From contig OZ244799.1 in NCBI GenBank assembly GCA_965219955.1, positions 1,760,001 through 1,824,000 of the forward strand: DNA of 64,000 bases. Direction: 5' to 3'. The position numbers were made by a program, and so were the translations under genes. Shown one piece after another: positions 18,210 through 28,499 of the stretch (its first letter is position 1; every line of letters starts with the position of its first letter). Origin of the DNA: a bacterium. GTDB lineage: Bacteria; UBA8248. The notes beneath the pieces were generated by a model. The model did not search any database, had not been told where the DNA came from, and saw only the letters and a list, made by a program, of their open reading frames with translations.

Positions 18210-18620
18210 TGAATGAGCGTTTGCGGTACCCCGTAGGGACAGGCCTCCGTGCCTGTCCGGGGTCGCGACCTGTCCTCGCGTTTCGGTCATCATTACCCGT
18301 AGGGACAGGCCTCCGTGCCTGTCCTGCCTCCGTGGTTGTCCTAACCTTAAAGGCTGCCGTGGTCTTTGTTCGTCATTGAGGCCACCGATCCCGTAGGGGC
18401 GGTTCGCGAACCGCCCCTACAAAATCAGATCCCCCACCGTCGCCCCTTCGGACAGGCACGGAGGCCTGTCCCTACAATTCCTCGCGCGTCAATCGCGTTT
18501 CACTCGTAGGGGCGGACCTGCGTGTCCGCCCGGTTTTGCGTTACGACGCAATTACGCGGTGGCCCATGGGCGTTCGAAGAGGGCGGACACGCAGTCAGAC
18601 ATATATGTCTGACCCCTACA
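18190..18620. repeat. REP/REPIN cluster
   Basis: GTAG + palindrome variants GGACAGG..CCTGTCC, GGGCGGTTCGCGAACCGCCC, GGGCGGACCTGCGTGTCCGCCC and GTCAGACATATATGTCTGAC. Confidence 0.85.
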
Positions 18621-18754
18621 AAACCATCATCCCCCACCTCTTATATACACGCCCTTTGGACACGCCCGTCTCACAAGTGCTAGTTTTTCCCCCATAAAAA
18701 TTTCCGGTATCCGCGAGCGCGCCCGCGCGCGCCTTTGCGAAAGGGGGACGCAAG

Positions 18755-19858
18755 ATGCAGGCAGACCTGTTCCGCGTGGCGATGGACTCGCCCGACGACA
18801 TCTCCGGCGTGGCCGCTCTCATCGAGGGGGGCGAATGCCGGGCGGAGGACGTCGTCGGCATCATGGGCAAGACCGAGGGGAACGGCTGCGTGAACGATTT
18901 CTCGCGCGGGTTCAGCAACTTCGTCCTGCTCGATTATTTCTCGCGCGCGATGGGCAAGAGCCGCGAGGAGGTGGAGGCGCAGATCGCCCTCATCATGTCC
19001 GGCGGCACGGAAGGCGTCATGTGCCCGCATTTTTCGGTGTTCACGAAGTCCGAGAACGGCGCGGGCGACGGGCGCGCCAAGCGCCTCGCCATCGCTTCGG
19101 GCCACACGGCGGATTTTTTTCCTGAGGAGATGGGCCGGATGGCGCAGGTGCGCGCGACGGCGGACCTCGTAAGAAGGCTGATGGAAGAGGCGCAGATCGA
19201 GAGCGCGGCGGACCTCCACTTCGTCCAGGTGAAGTGCCCGCTCCTGACGGGCGATCGCATGGCGGACGCCTTGGGGCGCGGGAAGAGCGTCTGCACGGAG
19301 GACACGTATAAATCGATGGGCTACTCGCGCGGGGCGTCTGCGCTGGGGGTGGCCCTGGCGGCGGGCGAGGTGGCCGAAAGCGCGCTTAGCGACGAGGTGA
19401 TTTGTAAGGACTGGTCGCTCCAGTCGGGCGTCGCCTCGACCTCGGCGGGCATCGAGCTCATGTGCAACGAGGCGATGGTGATCGGCAACAGCGCGGCCTG
19501 GGGCGGGGACCTCGTCGTCGGCCACAGCGTCATGGAGGACGCCATCGACAGGGACGCGGTGAGAGACGCCATCGTGAACGCAGGGATAGCGTTCGAGTGG
19601 TCGCTGGCGCCGGCGCAGCGCGCGCGCGTCGTGAACGTGTTCGCCAAGTGCGAGGCCTCCCCCGACGGGCTGGTGCGCGGGCGGCGGCACACGATGCTCG
19701 ACGACTCGGACATCAACAACACGCGCCACGCCCGCTCGGTCGTGAACGCGGTGGTGTCTTCGGTCGTCGGCGACACGATGACCTACGTCTCGGGCGGCGC
19801 CGAGCACCAGGGCCCCCCCGGCGGCGGCCCCGTCGCGGCGGTCGTACGGGCGGGGTAG
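18755..19858 (+). CDS. atzD: Ring-opening amidohydrolase, cyanuric acid hydrolase/barbiturase (Toblerone-fold) family
   Basis: GKTEGNGCVNDF, MSGGTEG, QVKCPLLT, KSMGYSRGASA, STSAG.E and VSGGAEHQGP.GGG; QVKCP/SRGASA resemble the CAH branch rather than barbiturase. Confidence 0.85.
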   Translation: MQADLFRVAMDSPDDISGVAALIEGGECRAEDVVGIMGKTEGNGCVNDFSRGFSNFVLLDYFSRAMGKSREEVEAQIALIMSGGTEGVMCPHFSVFTKSENGAGDGRAKRLAIASGHTADFFPEEMGRMAQVRATADLVRRLMEEAQIESAADLHFVQVKCPLLTGDRMADALGRGKSVCTEDTYKSMGYSRGASALGVALAAGEVAESALSDEVICKDWSLQSGVASTSAGIELMCNEAMVIGNSAAWGGDLVVGHSVMEDAIDRDAVRDAIVNAGIAFEWSLAPAQRARVVNVFAKCEASPDGLVRGRRHTMLDDSDINNTRHARSVVNAVVSSVVGDTMTYVSGGAEHQGPPGGGPVAAVVRAG

Positions 19859-20152
19859 GGGCGTCCCTCGATACGGCGCGCAAGCGCGCCTACTCGGGAT
19901 GAGGGTGGAGTGTCTCGTGGGCTGAACCTGACCAACGAGAGAGGGATAAACTCCCCCCTCAAGGGCCTGTTGAAAAAGTCTCGTGGAGCGATTTTGGTTG
20001 AACGCACGCTTTTGAAGTTCACTCCCCCCTTGAGGGGGAGTCGAGGAAGCCGAGCGTTTTGTGCGAAGGCTGACTCGGTGGGGGGTAAAATGCGTTTTAT
20101 CGCCACTCCAATTATACCCCCCACCGAATCGCTTGCGGGCTTACGCCCTTAG

Positions 20153-21887
20153 CCCGGATATTTCACCGAGGCTTTGGAACGGCCTGATTTGAAGTCGTGG
20201 ACGGCTTGATTCGGGAGGCGGCCTTCTTCGTCGGCGCGATACGATGACGCACGGCGCCCGAGCGGCGCTTTTTCGTCGATTTCGAAGGCTTTCGGGGAGT
20301 GCCGGCCGACGCGCAGGCGCAGGTTTCCCGCTGCGGCAACCTATGTCGCTCCGATTCTACGCTCAGTCACTCTCCCCCGCCGTCGGCCAGGGCGGGTGCG
20401 TACGCAGGTTGTTCACTACCTTTTCGAAGAGCGCCGCATGGGGCCAGGCCTCGGAGATAGACAGCCGGACCTTGCGCACGCTGACCCTCACGCGGGCGCC
20501 GATCTTGAGCAGTTTCAGCCGGATCGTTGCGCACTGGGCCCTGGCGCATGTCGTGCCCGCCAGCCCCAGGCGCCGGAGTCCGTGCATCAGGACGTAGGCG
20601 AAGGAGGCGAAGTAGAGCCGCAACTGATTGGCCCTCATGGTGGCGCTGCTGGTGCGGTCGGCGAACAGGCCGAGTTGCTGTTCCTTGATGCGGTTCTCCA
20701 TCTCTCCCCGGGCGCAGTAGAGTTCTTCGTAGAGGCGTCTGGCGCCGGCCCGCCGGGGGCGGAGATTGGTGACCACGAACCGCGGGTTCGCCCCCCTGGG
20801 CAGGTATTGCGCCTTGCCCACCACCCGGCGGGTTCTGGACCAGCTCTTGCGCGTTCGATAGCGGAAGTCGCGATACCGGCGCGCCGGCTCACCCGTGCGG
20901 CGACAGACGACCTCGGCCCGGTAGAGGTCCCGGCCAATCGCCCGCACCAGCCGCGCGTTGCGCGCCATGCCGAACACGTAGCCGACGCCGTTCTCCTCGC
21001 ACCAGCGCATCAACGGCTCGCGGCAAAAACCCGAGTCGCCGCGAACCACGACCCGCGTACGCGGCCAGCGCCTGCGGACCTGCGCCACGATCCGCGCCAA
21101 CTCCTCCTCGCTGCCGGCCGAGGCGTCGACGTTCGAGCGGCGCAGCCGCGCGCACAGCAGATGCGCGCCGCAGAAGACGTAGAGCGGCAGATAACAGTAG
21201 CGGCCGTAATAGCCGTGGAAGAAGCGCCCCTCCTGGCGACCGTGCAGGGGGTCGTCCGTGGCGTCGAGGTCCAGCCATATCTCTTCGGGCGGTTCGGCGT
21301 AAGACTCCATGAACACGTCCACCAGCAGGCGGTCCATCGCCTCGAAGTCCGCAGCGATGCGCTTGTAGCGATCCGTCGCCGCCTCGGCGCCGCCCAACTC
21401 CAGGCGGTTCAGCGTACTCGATGCGGCCAGCGGAGAGCCGCGGTCCCGAAGGCGAACCCGCCCGGCTCCCGTCAGGTCCCGCTTGCCCACCAGCAGCGCC
21501 AGCAACCTGTCGCGGCGCAAATCCTCGTGGTCGTTCAGGTCCTCGTAGCCCAGCGCCAGCGCGTACACCCGCTGCGCCGCCAGCGAGCGCACCGGGTGCT
21601 CCACGCTGCCGGGCTTGCGGCAATCACGAAAACACCGCGCCAGACGAGCCATCAGACCCAGGCGGAGATCCGTCTCGCGAAGCAGCACCCCGCCGGCGTC
21701 CGACGTGATCCGTCCGCCGTCGAATCGGGCGATGACCTCGCGTCTTCCGTGGGGGTGAAAGTGAAGTTGTTCCGGTGTACAATGCGTATCCATGGGGCCT
21801 CTCTGTCGGACGGGTGTAAGTTATTGAGACAACTCACATTATCCGACATTCAGAGGCCCCATGCCATTTGTCGGTGAAATATCCGGG
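20153..21887 (-). mobile_element. IS1380-family insertion sequence
   Basis: Perfect 17-bp TIR CCCGGATATTTCACCGA; TTAG direct repeats at 20149-20152 and 21888-21891. Confidence 0.92.
20363..21793 (-). CDS. IS1380-family DDE transposase
   Basis: FDGG.ITSDAG, GYEDLNDH, LDLDATDDPLHG.QEG, RGDSGF and Y.ARGEMENRIKE. Confidence 0.95.
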   Translation of the reverse strand: MDTHCTPEQLHFHPHGRREVIARFDGGRITSDAGGVLLRETDLRLGLMARLARCFRDCRKPGSVEHPVRSLAAQRVYALALGYEDLNDHEDLRRDRLLALLVGKRDLTGAGRVRLRDRGSPLAASSTLNRLELGGAEAATDRYKRIAADFEAMDRLLVDVFMESYAEPPEEIWLDLDATDDPLHGRQEGRFFHGYYGRYCYLPLYVFCGAHLLCARLRRSNVDASAGSEEELARIVAQVRRRWPRTRVVVRGDSGFCREPLMRWCEENGVGYVFGMARNARLVRAIGRDLYRAEVVCRRTGEPARRYRDFRYRTRKSWSRTRRVVGKAQYLPRGANPRFVVTNLRPRRAGARRLYEELYCARGEMENRIKEQQLGLFADRTSSATMRANQLRLYFASFAYVLMHGLRRLGLAGTTCARAQCATIRLKLLKIGARVRVSVRKVRLSISEAWPHAALFEKVVNNLRTHPPWPTAGESD

Positions 21888-21891
21888 TTAG

Positions 21892-23506
21892 CAGCCTGTC
21901 GGGCTTTGGCCTGCCAAGGAGTTCGAAGCACCAATCGTGGGAGTGATTTTCGGGGTTCTTCTCGGTAATCGATTCTTGTTGGCCGGCGATTCGGTGTCAG
22001 GAGCCATGATCGGCCCTCACAGGCCCGGTGGGAGTCATAGCGGCCGGCAACAGGCCACGGGACGAGGGCGTTTATCCTCCGATCACGCCGACTTCAGGTT
22101 GTGCAGACGCTTGCAGTTATAAGCCAGCATCACCAGGACCCACTCGCCCTGCACCTTCTCGAGACCGCGCAAGAGGAACTGCCGGAAGCCCATCGCCTGC
22201 TTGACGATGCCGAACACCGGCTCCACCGTCTGCCGCCGCAGGCGATAACGGGCGCGCTCTTCCGGCTTCGCCATCTTCGCGCGCATCGCCGCAATCCACT
22301 CCGCTCGAACTTCCGGACCTGGCCGGGAAGCCACCGGTGGCCGGAAGTCGTGCCGACGGCGCCCCCCTTCGGCTTGCGTGGCCACCAGAACCTCGACGCC
22401 CCGTCTCTCGAGTTCTTCCACTTCGCTGCCCGTCGCGTAGCCGCTGTCCGCCAACACACGCGCCGGCGCGGCAACCGAAGGCGGAATCGCCTCCACGTCC
22501 GCCACCAGTTCCCCGCGGTCGCTCGCGTTGTTGCTCACACGCGCTCCCAGCACCAACTGGCTGCCTTCGGCATCCACCACCGCCTGCGCGTTGTACGCCT
22601 GGCGATACTCGTGACGCTTGCTCTTGCGCATCAAGGCGCTGTCCCCATCCGTCAGGTTGATCTGCCGCCCCTCTTCGGGCTTCTCCCGAGGGGGCTTGAT
22701 GCGCGGACCCTTCCTCCGACCTGAACGGCGCTCCCGAGACGCCGCCTTGCGTTCATATTCCGCCCGACCCGCCTCGGCCGACCTCTTCGCGCGGCGCTCC
22801 AGTTCCGCGCACGCCGCATCCAGCTTCGACTTCAACTCCTCGCGACGCGCCAACTCCTCCGGCAGCGCCTGCGGATCCCCTACCTCCTGCGCATCTTCGC
22901 TCTCCGCACGCTCCAGCAACTCCTCGACCTCTCCGCGCAATTGAGAGCCCAACGCCTGCGCACGGTCATACCGGACGTTGTTGTGCTTGCTCGCGTTCGC
23001 GTCCACCTTCGTCCCGTCCACGCTCACCGTCCCGACCCGCAACAACTTCAACTCCTTCGCCAGCAGCAAAACCTGCTCGAACGTCTCCGCTATCGCCTCG
23101 AAGTTATCGCGACGGAACGCGCAGATCGTGTCGTGGTCCGGGTGTGTGTTCGACGCCACGTATCGAACCCCGATATCCCGGTACGTCGCGCGCTCGATCC
23201 GGCGCGAACCGAATATCCCGTTCGCGTAGCAGTAAATCAGCAGCGCCAGCATCATCCGGGGATGGTACTGCGCTGAACCCGTGCCGCGCTCGTTCACGCG
23301 GAATGACCCCAGAGGCACCCGTTCCACCGCCTCCACTACGAAGTGCGCCAGATCGTCCTCCGGCAACCACTCCCGCATGTCCACAGGAAGAAGATACAAC
23401 TGCGACTGATTACAATCTACAAACTTCGCCACCCCAATCCCCTCCCTTAAAAATACCTCGCGAGAACGACATATTATAAAAGGTAGGGCCTAAGTCCGAC
23501 AGGCTG
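21892..23506 (-). mobile_element. IS1182-family insertion sequence
   Basis: 20-bp TIR CAGCCTGTCGG(G/A)CTT(T/A)GGCC (18/20 match); TTAG flanks at 21888-21891 and 23507-23510. Confidence 0.9.
22083..23432 (-). CDS. IS1182-family transposase
   Basis: LLP....WLPEDDLA, YHP.MML..L.Y.Y..G, PDH.TI..FR, DGTK..ANAS, ADSGY and R.QTVEPVFG.K. Confidence 0.93.
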   Translation of the reverse strand: MAKFVDCNQSQLYLLPVDMREWLPEDDLAHFVVEAVERVPLGSFRVNERGTGSAQYHPRMMLALLIYCYANGIFGSRRIERATYRDIGVRYVASNTHPDHDTICAFRRDNFEAIAETFEQVLLLAKELKLLRVGTVSVDGTKVDANASKHNNVRYDRAQALGSQLRGEVEELLERAESEDAQEVGDPQALPEELARREELKSKLDAACAELERRAKRSAEAGRAEYERKAASRERRSGRRKGPRIKPPREKPEEGRQINLTDGDSALMRKSKRHEYRQAYNAQAVVDAEGSQLVLGARVSNNASDRGELVADVEAIPPSVAAPARVLADSGYATGSEVEELERRGVEVLVATQAEGGRRRHDFRPPVASRPGPEVRAEWIAAMRAKMAKPEERARYRLRRQTVEPVFGIVKQAMGFRQFLLRGLEKVQGEWVLVMLAYNCKRLHNLKSA

Positions 23507-23611
23507 TTAGCTCTTCGACTCCCCCTCAAGGGGGGAGTTTATCTCTTTCGTCGGTGGAGAATTCCCTCAAGGGGGGAGTGATTGCATATCTCGCTGGTGG
23601 TGGTCTTTCCC

Positions 23612-24676
23612 CTACCCCGCCCTCACGCTCCGCCGCGCCTGCACGAACACGACCGTGAGGACGATGATGGCCTGGAAGACGAACACGGCCGCGCCGGGGA
23701 GGCCGATGCTGCGCTGTAAGGAATCGGACCCCGAGACGAGGACGGCGAACACGGCGGCGGCTATGGTGACGCCGAGCGGGTTGTTGCGCCCGATGACGGC
23801 GATGAGGATGGCCATCGCCCCGTAGTTGGGCGCGCCCTCCGCCCCGCTGATGCCCAACAACAGGCTCTGGTGGAAGCCCGAGACCTCGATGGCGCCCGCG
23901 AGGCCCGAGAGCGCGCCGCAGGTCGGCATGATGATGAGCGTGACGCGCGCGACGTTGATGCCGCCGAAGCGCGCGGCGCGCGGGTTGTCGCCCACCGCGC
24001 GTATCTCGTAGCCCGCGATGGTGCGCGTCATGAAGAAGTACATGCCGACCGCGGCCGCCAGCGCGATGAGGAAGCCCGCGTGCGCGCCGGCCCTCGGCAT
24101 CACCTGGGGCAGCACGGAGGCGTCGGGGATCGGGAGCGAGATGGCCTCGCCCGCCAGCGGGTCGTTCCAGGGGCCGTTGGCGAGGTAGTCGACCAGATAG
24201 AGCGCGACGAAGTTCAGCATGACCGTCACGAATATCTCGCTGACCTGAAAGCGCACGCGCAGGATGCCGGGGATGAAGCCCCAGAACCAGCCTCCCAGGA
24301 TGCCGCCCAGAAGGCCCAGCGGGACGAATACCGGCCAGGGGAGGTTCATGCCCTCGAGCGCGAAGGCCACGCCCGTCATGCCGATCGCGCCCGCGTATAT
24401 CTGCCCGTCCACGCCGATGTTGAAGTGGCCGCCGCGCATCCCGAAGGCCACCGCGAGCGAGGCGAGGAGCAGCGGGCAGAACTTGTTGAGCGTCTGCGCG
24501 AACCCGCCCCACGTGCCCAGCGAGGAGCGAAGCACCGTGCCGAGCGCGACGAGCACGTCGCCGCCGAAGGCGACGATGAAGACGGCCCCGCACGCGAGCG
24601 CCAGCGCCCCCGCCGCCGCGTAGGTGACGGCGAACTCGATCGCCATTTTTTTCCGCTCGCTCACGCCCGCCGCCAT
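23612..24676 (-). CDS. ABC transporter permease (nucleoside/purine CUT2 type)
   Basis: FNIG..GQ, EI..T.MLN and GYEIRAVG.N..AA.F.GI; multiple TM segments. Confidence 0.9.
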   Translation of the reverse strand: MAAGVSERKKMAIEFAVTYAAAGALALACGAVFIVAFGGDVLVALGTVLRSSLGTWGGFAQTLNKFCPLLLASLAVAFGMRGGHFNIGVDGQIYAGAIGMTGVAFALEGMNLPWPVFVPLGLLGGILGGWFWGFIPGILRVRFQVSEIFVTVMLNFVALYLVDYLANGPWNDPLAGEAISLPIPDASVLPQVMPRAGAHAGFLIALAAAVGMYFFMTRTIAGYEIRAVGDNPRAARFGGINVARVTLIIMPTCGALSGLAGAIEVSGFHQSLLLGISGAEGAPNYGAMAILIAVIGRNNPLGVTIAAAVFAVLVSGSDSLQRSIGLPGAAVFVFQAIIVLTVVFVQARRSVRAG

Positions 24677-24677
24677 G

Positions 24678-26225
24678 TCAGGACACCTCTTCTCTGTGGC
24701 CCGCCATGAGCGCGCCTATCCGGTAGATGTCGTATTCGGGGCCGTCGAAGGCGCCCAGAATCTCGCCCGCGTAGATGACGACGATGCGGTCGCTCATCTG
24801 GCAGAGCTCGTCGAGGTCTTCCGATATCAGCAGCACGCCCGCGCCGCCCGCGCGAAGCTCGCGCAGCCTGCCGTGCACGAACGAGGCGGCCATGACGTCC
24901 AGCCCGCGCGTGGGGTTGTTCGCGATCATCACCTTCCCGCCCGTCTTGTGGGCGAGCATGACCGCGCGCGCCACGATGGTCTTCTGGATGTTCCCCCCCG
25001 AGAGGTGCGCGGCCGGCACGTGCTCGTTCCTGGCCAGGATGTTGAACTCCGCGATGGCGTTCCTGCCGAGCTCATGAGCGGCCTCGCGCTCGAACACGCC
25101 GCGCCGCCTGAAGATGTGCGGGTGCAGGCCGAGCACGAAATTCTCGGCCAGGCTCAGGCCCGGCAGAATGCCCTCCTCTATCCTGTCCTGCGGCAGGAGG
25201 CTCATCCCCCGCGCGATGCGCCCGGCCACCGAGAGGTTTGATACTTCTTCGCCGTCGATATGGACCTCGCCTTCTTCCGTTTCGATGAGCCCGGCCAGGG
25301 CTTCCGCCAGCTCTTTCTGGCCGTTTCCCGAGATGCCCGCCATGCCGACGATGAGCCCCCGGGGGACGTCGAAGGCGACGCCCCTGATTGGAACCCCCCA
25401 TTTCCCGGAAGTACGCACTCCCCGCACCGAAAGCGCGGGACCCCCCTCTCTGGCCGCCGAGGGTCCGGTCGGCCGCTCGCCCTCGGGAGGCATCCCGCGC
25501 TCGCCCATCATCATCTGCACCAGCCTGTCGCGGGTGGCCTCCTGGCGCGAGATCGTGTCGATCTTCAGCCCGCCGCGGAACACGGTGATCCGGTCGCAGT
25601 TGTCCAGGACCTCCTGGATCTTGTGCGTGATGAAGACGACCGTCAGCCCCCCCTTGGCGAAGGATTTCAGGATCGAGAACAGCCCGTCCACCTCGTGGGG
25701 GGTGAGCATGGTCGTCGGCTCGTCCAGGATCAGGATGTCCGCGCCGTGGTAGAGCGCCTTCAGGATTTCGACCTTCTGCTGAATGCCCGCGGGCAGGGTT
25801 TTCACCCCCTCATCCAGCGGGATGGAGAGGCCGTAATTCGCCGCAAGTTCCTCCACGGAGCTGCGCCGGGCCTCGACGTCGAGCTTCCAGCGCGAACCCT
25901 CGCGCCCGAGCAGGATGTTCTCTAGCGCCGTGAAGTTGCCGATCAGCTCCACGTGCTGGTGAACCATCCCGACGCCGACCGCGATCGCATCCTGGGGCGA
26001 GTGGATATCCACCTCGCGCCCGTCGATCGCGATTCGGCCCTCGTCCATGCGGTAGAGGCCGCTCAGGATGTTCATGAGCGTCGTCTTGCCCGCGCCGTTC
26101 TCCCCCAGGAGGGCGTGGATCTCCCCCTTGGCGGCCTCGAAGTCCACCGCGCCCAGGGCGCGGACCTCCCCGAAGGACTTGCTGACGCCGTGCATCTCGA
26201 CGCAGGCGGCGGTTTTTTCCGTCAT
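24678..26225 (-). CDS. ABC transporter ATP-binding protein (double NBD)
   Basis: GENGAGKTT, LILDEPT, LSGGN.QK, NPTRGLDV and ISEDLDE. Confidence 0.93.
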   Translation of the reverse strand: MTEKTAACVEMHGVSKSFGEVRALGAVDFEAAKGEIHALLGENGAGKTTLMNILSGLYRMDEGRIAIDGREVDIHSPQDAIAVGVGMVHQHVELIGNFTALENILLGREGSRWKLDVEARRSSVEELAANYGLSIPLDEGVKTLPAGIQQKVEILKALYHGADILILDEPTTMLTPHEVDGLFSILKSFAKGGLTVVFITHKIQEVLDNCDRITVFRGGLKIDTISRQEATRDRLVQMMMGERGMPPEGERPTGPSAAREGGPALSVRGVRTSGKWGVPIRGVAFDVPRGLIVGMAGISGNGQKELAEALAGLIETEEGEVHIDGEEVSNLSVAGRIARGMSLLPQDRIEEGILPGLSLAENFVLGLHPHIFRRRGVFEREAAHELGRNAIAEFNILARNEHVPAAHLSGGNIQKTIVARAVMLAHKTGGKVMIANNPTRGLDVMAASFVHGRLRELRAGGAGVLLISEDLDELCQMSDRIVVIYAGEILGAFDGPEYDIYRIGALMAGHREEVS

Positions 26226-26280
26226 AACGCCTTCCGTTCCGACGCCCCGCCCCGCTCGGGGGACGGGGCGCTCACATGCC

Positions 26281-27282
26281 CTATTTCGCCAGCATGACCT
26301 TCTTCATTTCCAGCCGGGGTTTGATCTTCCCGGCCAGTACTTGTTCATACGCCTCCTTGGTTCTTTTCATGGCCTCGGCCGATACGTTGCCCAAAGAGGT
26401 GATCTCGAATCCGACCCCGAGTTTCATGGGCACGTAGCCTCCGGGCGATCCTTTCAGGATTCCCGCCAGGGCTTTCTGGTAGGGAGGCCGGAAATCGATG
26501 ATCAGCGTGCCGGCGAAGTGCTTGGGCGCCTTGTCCGTCTTGTCGGTGTAGAACGTGGTGACCAGCACCTTGCGCTTCGACTTCTTGGCGGCCTCGACGA
26601 CGCCGTACACGCCCAGGTTCACCATGTTGATGATGAAGTCGACGCCGTTCGCGATCATGGCGTCGGCGGTCTGGCGCGCCTTGACCGGATCGTTCTGGTT
26701 TCCGGTGAAGGCGTAGGTGAGTTGCGCCTTGGGGTTGGTCGCCTTGAGCGCATCCGAGATGGTGTTGATGGAAGCCTTGAAGTCCGGAAGCGGGATTCCC
26801 GCGATGACGCTCACCTTGTTCGTCTTCGTGGCGAGGCCGGCCAGCACGCCGAAGGGATAGAAGGCCTCGAAATAGTGTCGGTGAATGTTCCAGACGTTCT
26901 TGGGAACCTTGAATTTTCCGGAACTCTCCATCACGAACGTCACTTCGGGAAACTTAGGCGCCAGCTTCTGTACGAGCCGGACGTACTGCCCGCCGTGGAA
27001 GCCGATGATGGTGAAGCCCGAGGAGATGTACTCGCGCGCCACCCGCTCGGCGTCCGCGGGTGAGATGCGCTCGGAGTAGGAGGTTTCGATCTTGAACCTC
27101 TTCTTGATGTCCTGGGCGACTTCATAGCCCCGGAAGTTGTAGTCCGCATCCTCGATGGGTCCCGGCAGGATGATGGCGAACTTGTGGGCCTTCGCGGCGA
27201 GCGCCTGGCCGGGTGCGATCAGGGCAAGGGCTGCGAGCGCGGCGGCGGCGAAGAACAATCGGCGTGTCCATTTCGTTTTCAT
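26281..27282 (-). CDS. BMP-family ABC substrate-binding protein
   Basis: Signal peptide; LPGPI.D..YN and G.LAG..TKTNKV; ATG after AAGGAGG. Confidence 0.88.
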   Translation of the reverse strand: MKTKWTRRLFFAAAALAALALIAPGQALAAKAHKFAIILPGPIEDADYNFRGYEVAQDIKKRFKIETSYSERISPADAERVAREYISSGFTIIGFHGGQYVRLVQKLAPKFPEVTFVMESSGKFKVPKNVWNIHRHYFEAFYPFGVLAGLATKTNKVSVIAGIPLPDFKASINTISDALKATNPKAQLTYAFTGNQNDPVKARQTADAMIANGVDFIINMVNLGVYGVVEAAKKSKRKVLVTTFYTDKTDKAPKHFAGTLIIDFRPPYQKALAGILKGSPGGYVPMKLGVGFEITSLGNVSAEAMKRTKEAYEQVLAGKIKPRLEMKKVMLAK

Positions 27283-27327
27283 TTCACACTCCTCCTTGAT
27301 GAGAAAGCACGATTGCCCGGACATGGA

Positions 27328-28269
27328 TCAATCCCGGGCTTCACGGTCGTATGGCCTCGTGAGCGCGCGCGGGCTTTCGGCGCCCCGCGCGACCTGGACC
27401 AGAACTATCATGGCGAACACGTACGGCAGCATCAGCAAAAACTGCGGCGGTATGATCTTCGCGTATTGCGGCAGGGCGTTCACCTTGAACTGGAAGGCGT
27501 CCACATAGGCGAAGAGCAGCGCGCCGACGAACGACCATACCGGCACCCAGCGTCCGAAGATCACCAGCATCAGGGCGAGCCACCCTCTTCCGTTCACGAT
27601 GTTGTCCGTGAACGAGCCCGAGATCACGAGCGGCAGGTATGCGCCCGCCACGCCCAGAAACAGCCCGCCCACCGCACACGCGCCGTAGCGCATGCGGGCG
27701 ACGTCTATCCCCACCGTATCCGCCGCGCGGGGGTTCTCCCCGCAGGCGCGCAGCCTCAGGCCCAGCGGCGTCTTGAAGAGGAAGAAACTCACCGCCGCGA
27801 CGAGGAAATAGGACAGATAGACGAGTCCGTTCTGTGCGAAGAAAATCTCGCCGATGAAGGGAATGCTCCCCAGGAGCGGGATGTGTATCTCCTTTAACGT
27901 CGGCACCTGGGGAATGGACTGCACGACGCCCACCGCCAGCCGGTAGATGGTGGGCGATATCCCCAGCCCCAGGACGAATATCCCCAGCCCGATGACGATC
28001 TGGTTCGCCCGCAGGGTGATGGAAAAATACGCCAGAAGCAGCGTGAGGACGCTCCCCGAGAGCGCCGCGACCATGCAGCCGATGATCGCACTGCCCGAGT
28101 AGTAGGTGAGCAGAAAGCCCGTCACCGAGCCGAGCGTCACGACCCCCTCGATGCCGACGTTCAGAATCCCCGAGCGCTCGATGATGGTCTCGCCCAGGCA
28201 CGCGATGATGAGCGGCGCCATCATGAGCATCGTGAGCTGGAAAAGGGATATGTCGAACAAGAGGGACAA
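27328..28269 (-). CDS. ABC transporter permease (nucleoside/purine CUT2 type)
   Basis: ERSG.LN.G.EG, GLRLRA.GENP.AAD..GI, GRGW.AL..V.FGRW and MLPY; TTG start inferred from GGGGAG RBS. Confidence 0.88.
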   Translation of the reverse strand: MSLLFDISLFQLTMLMMAPLIIACLGETIIERSGILNVGIEGVVTLGSVTGFLLTYYSGSAIIGCMVAALSGSVLTLLLAYFSITLRANQIVIGLGIFVLGLGISPTIYRLAVGVVQSIPQVPTLKEIHIPLLGSIPFIGEIFFAQNGLVYLSYFLVAAVSFFLFKTPLGLRLRACGENPRAADTVGIDVARMRYGACAVGGLFLGVAGAYLPLVISGSFTDNIVNGRGWLALMLVIFGRWVPVWSFVGALLFAYVDAFQFKVNALPQYAKIIPPQFLLMLPYVFAMIVLVQVARGAESPRALTRPYDREARD

Positions 28270-28499
28270 GAAGGCGCACTCCCCGCGTGTGGCGTGAAAA
28301 TGTGAAAACTCGTCTCCGTACATCGCTGCCCGGGAGACGGGATATATTATCCTTGTCGCTTTCCGCCAGTATGCCTCATGCATACCCAAATTCAAAATAT
28401 GCAGGTTTCATGTTTCCGGCGTGTAACGTGATTACGCGGCGTTCCGCTCGTGTTTCGGGAGCGGCTCGCTCCCCTCGCCCTGTTTGGTCCCTGTGTTGA

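Larger units (their letters stand above)
20020..23582. mobile_element. CACTCCCCCCTTGAGGGGGAG MITE split by two IS insertions
   Basis: Left part ends GCCCTTAG (20152); right part resumes TTAGCTCTTCGACTCCCCCTCAAGG (23507); intact copy at 52349-52512. Confidence 0.85.

Noticed and set aside
28270-28440. Purine or guanidine riboswitch upstream of the BMP ABC operon
   Set aside because: No consensus aptamer motifs could be identified by eye.
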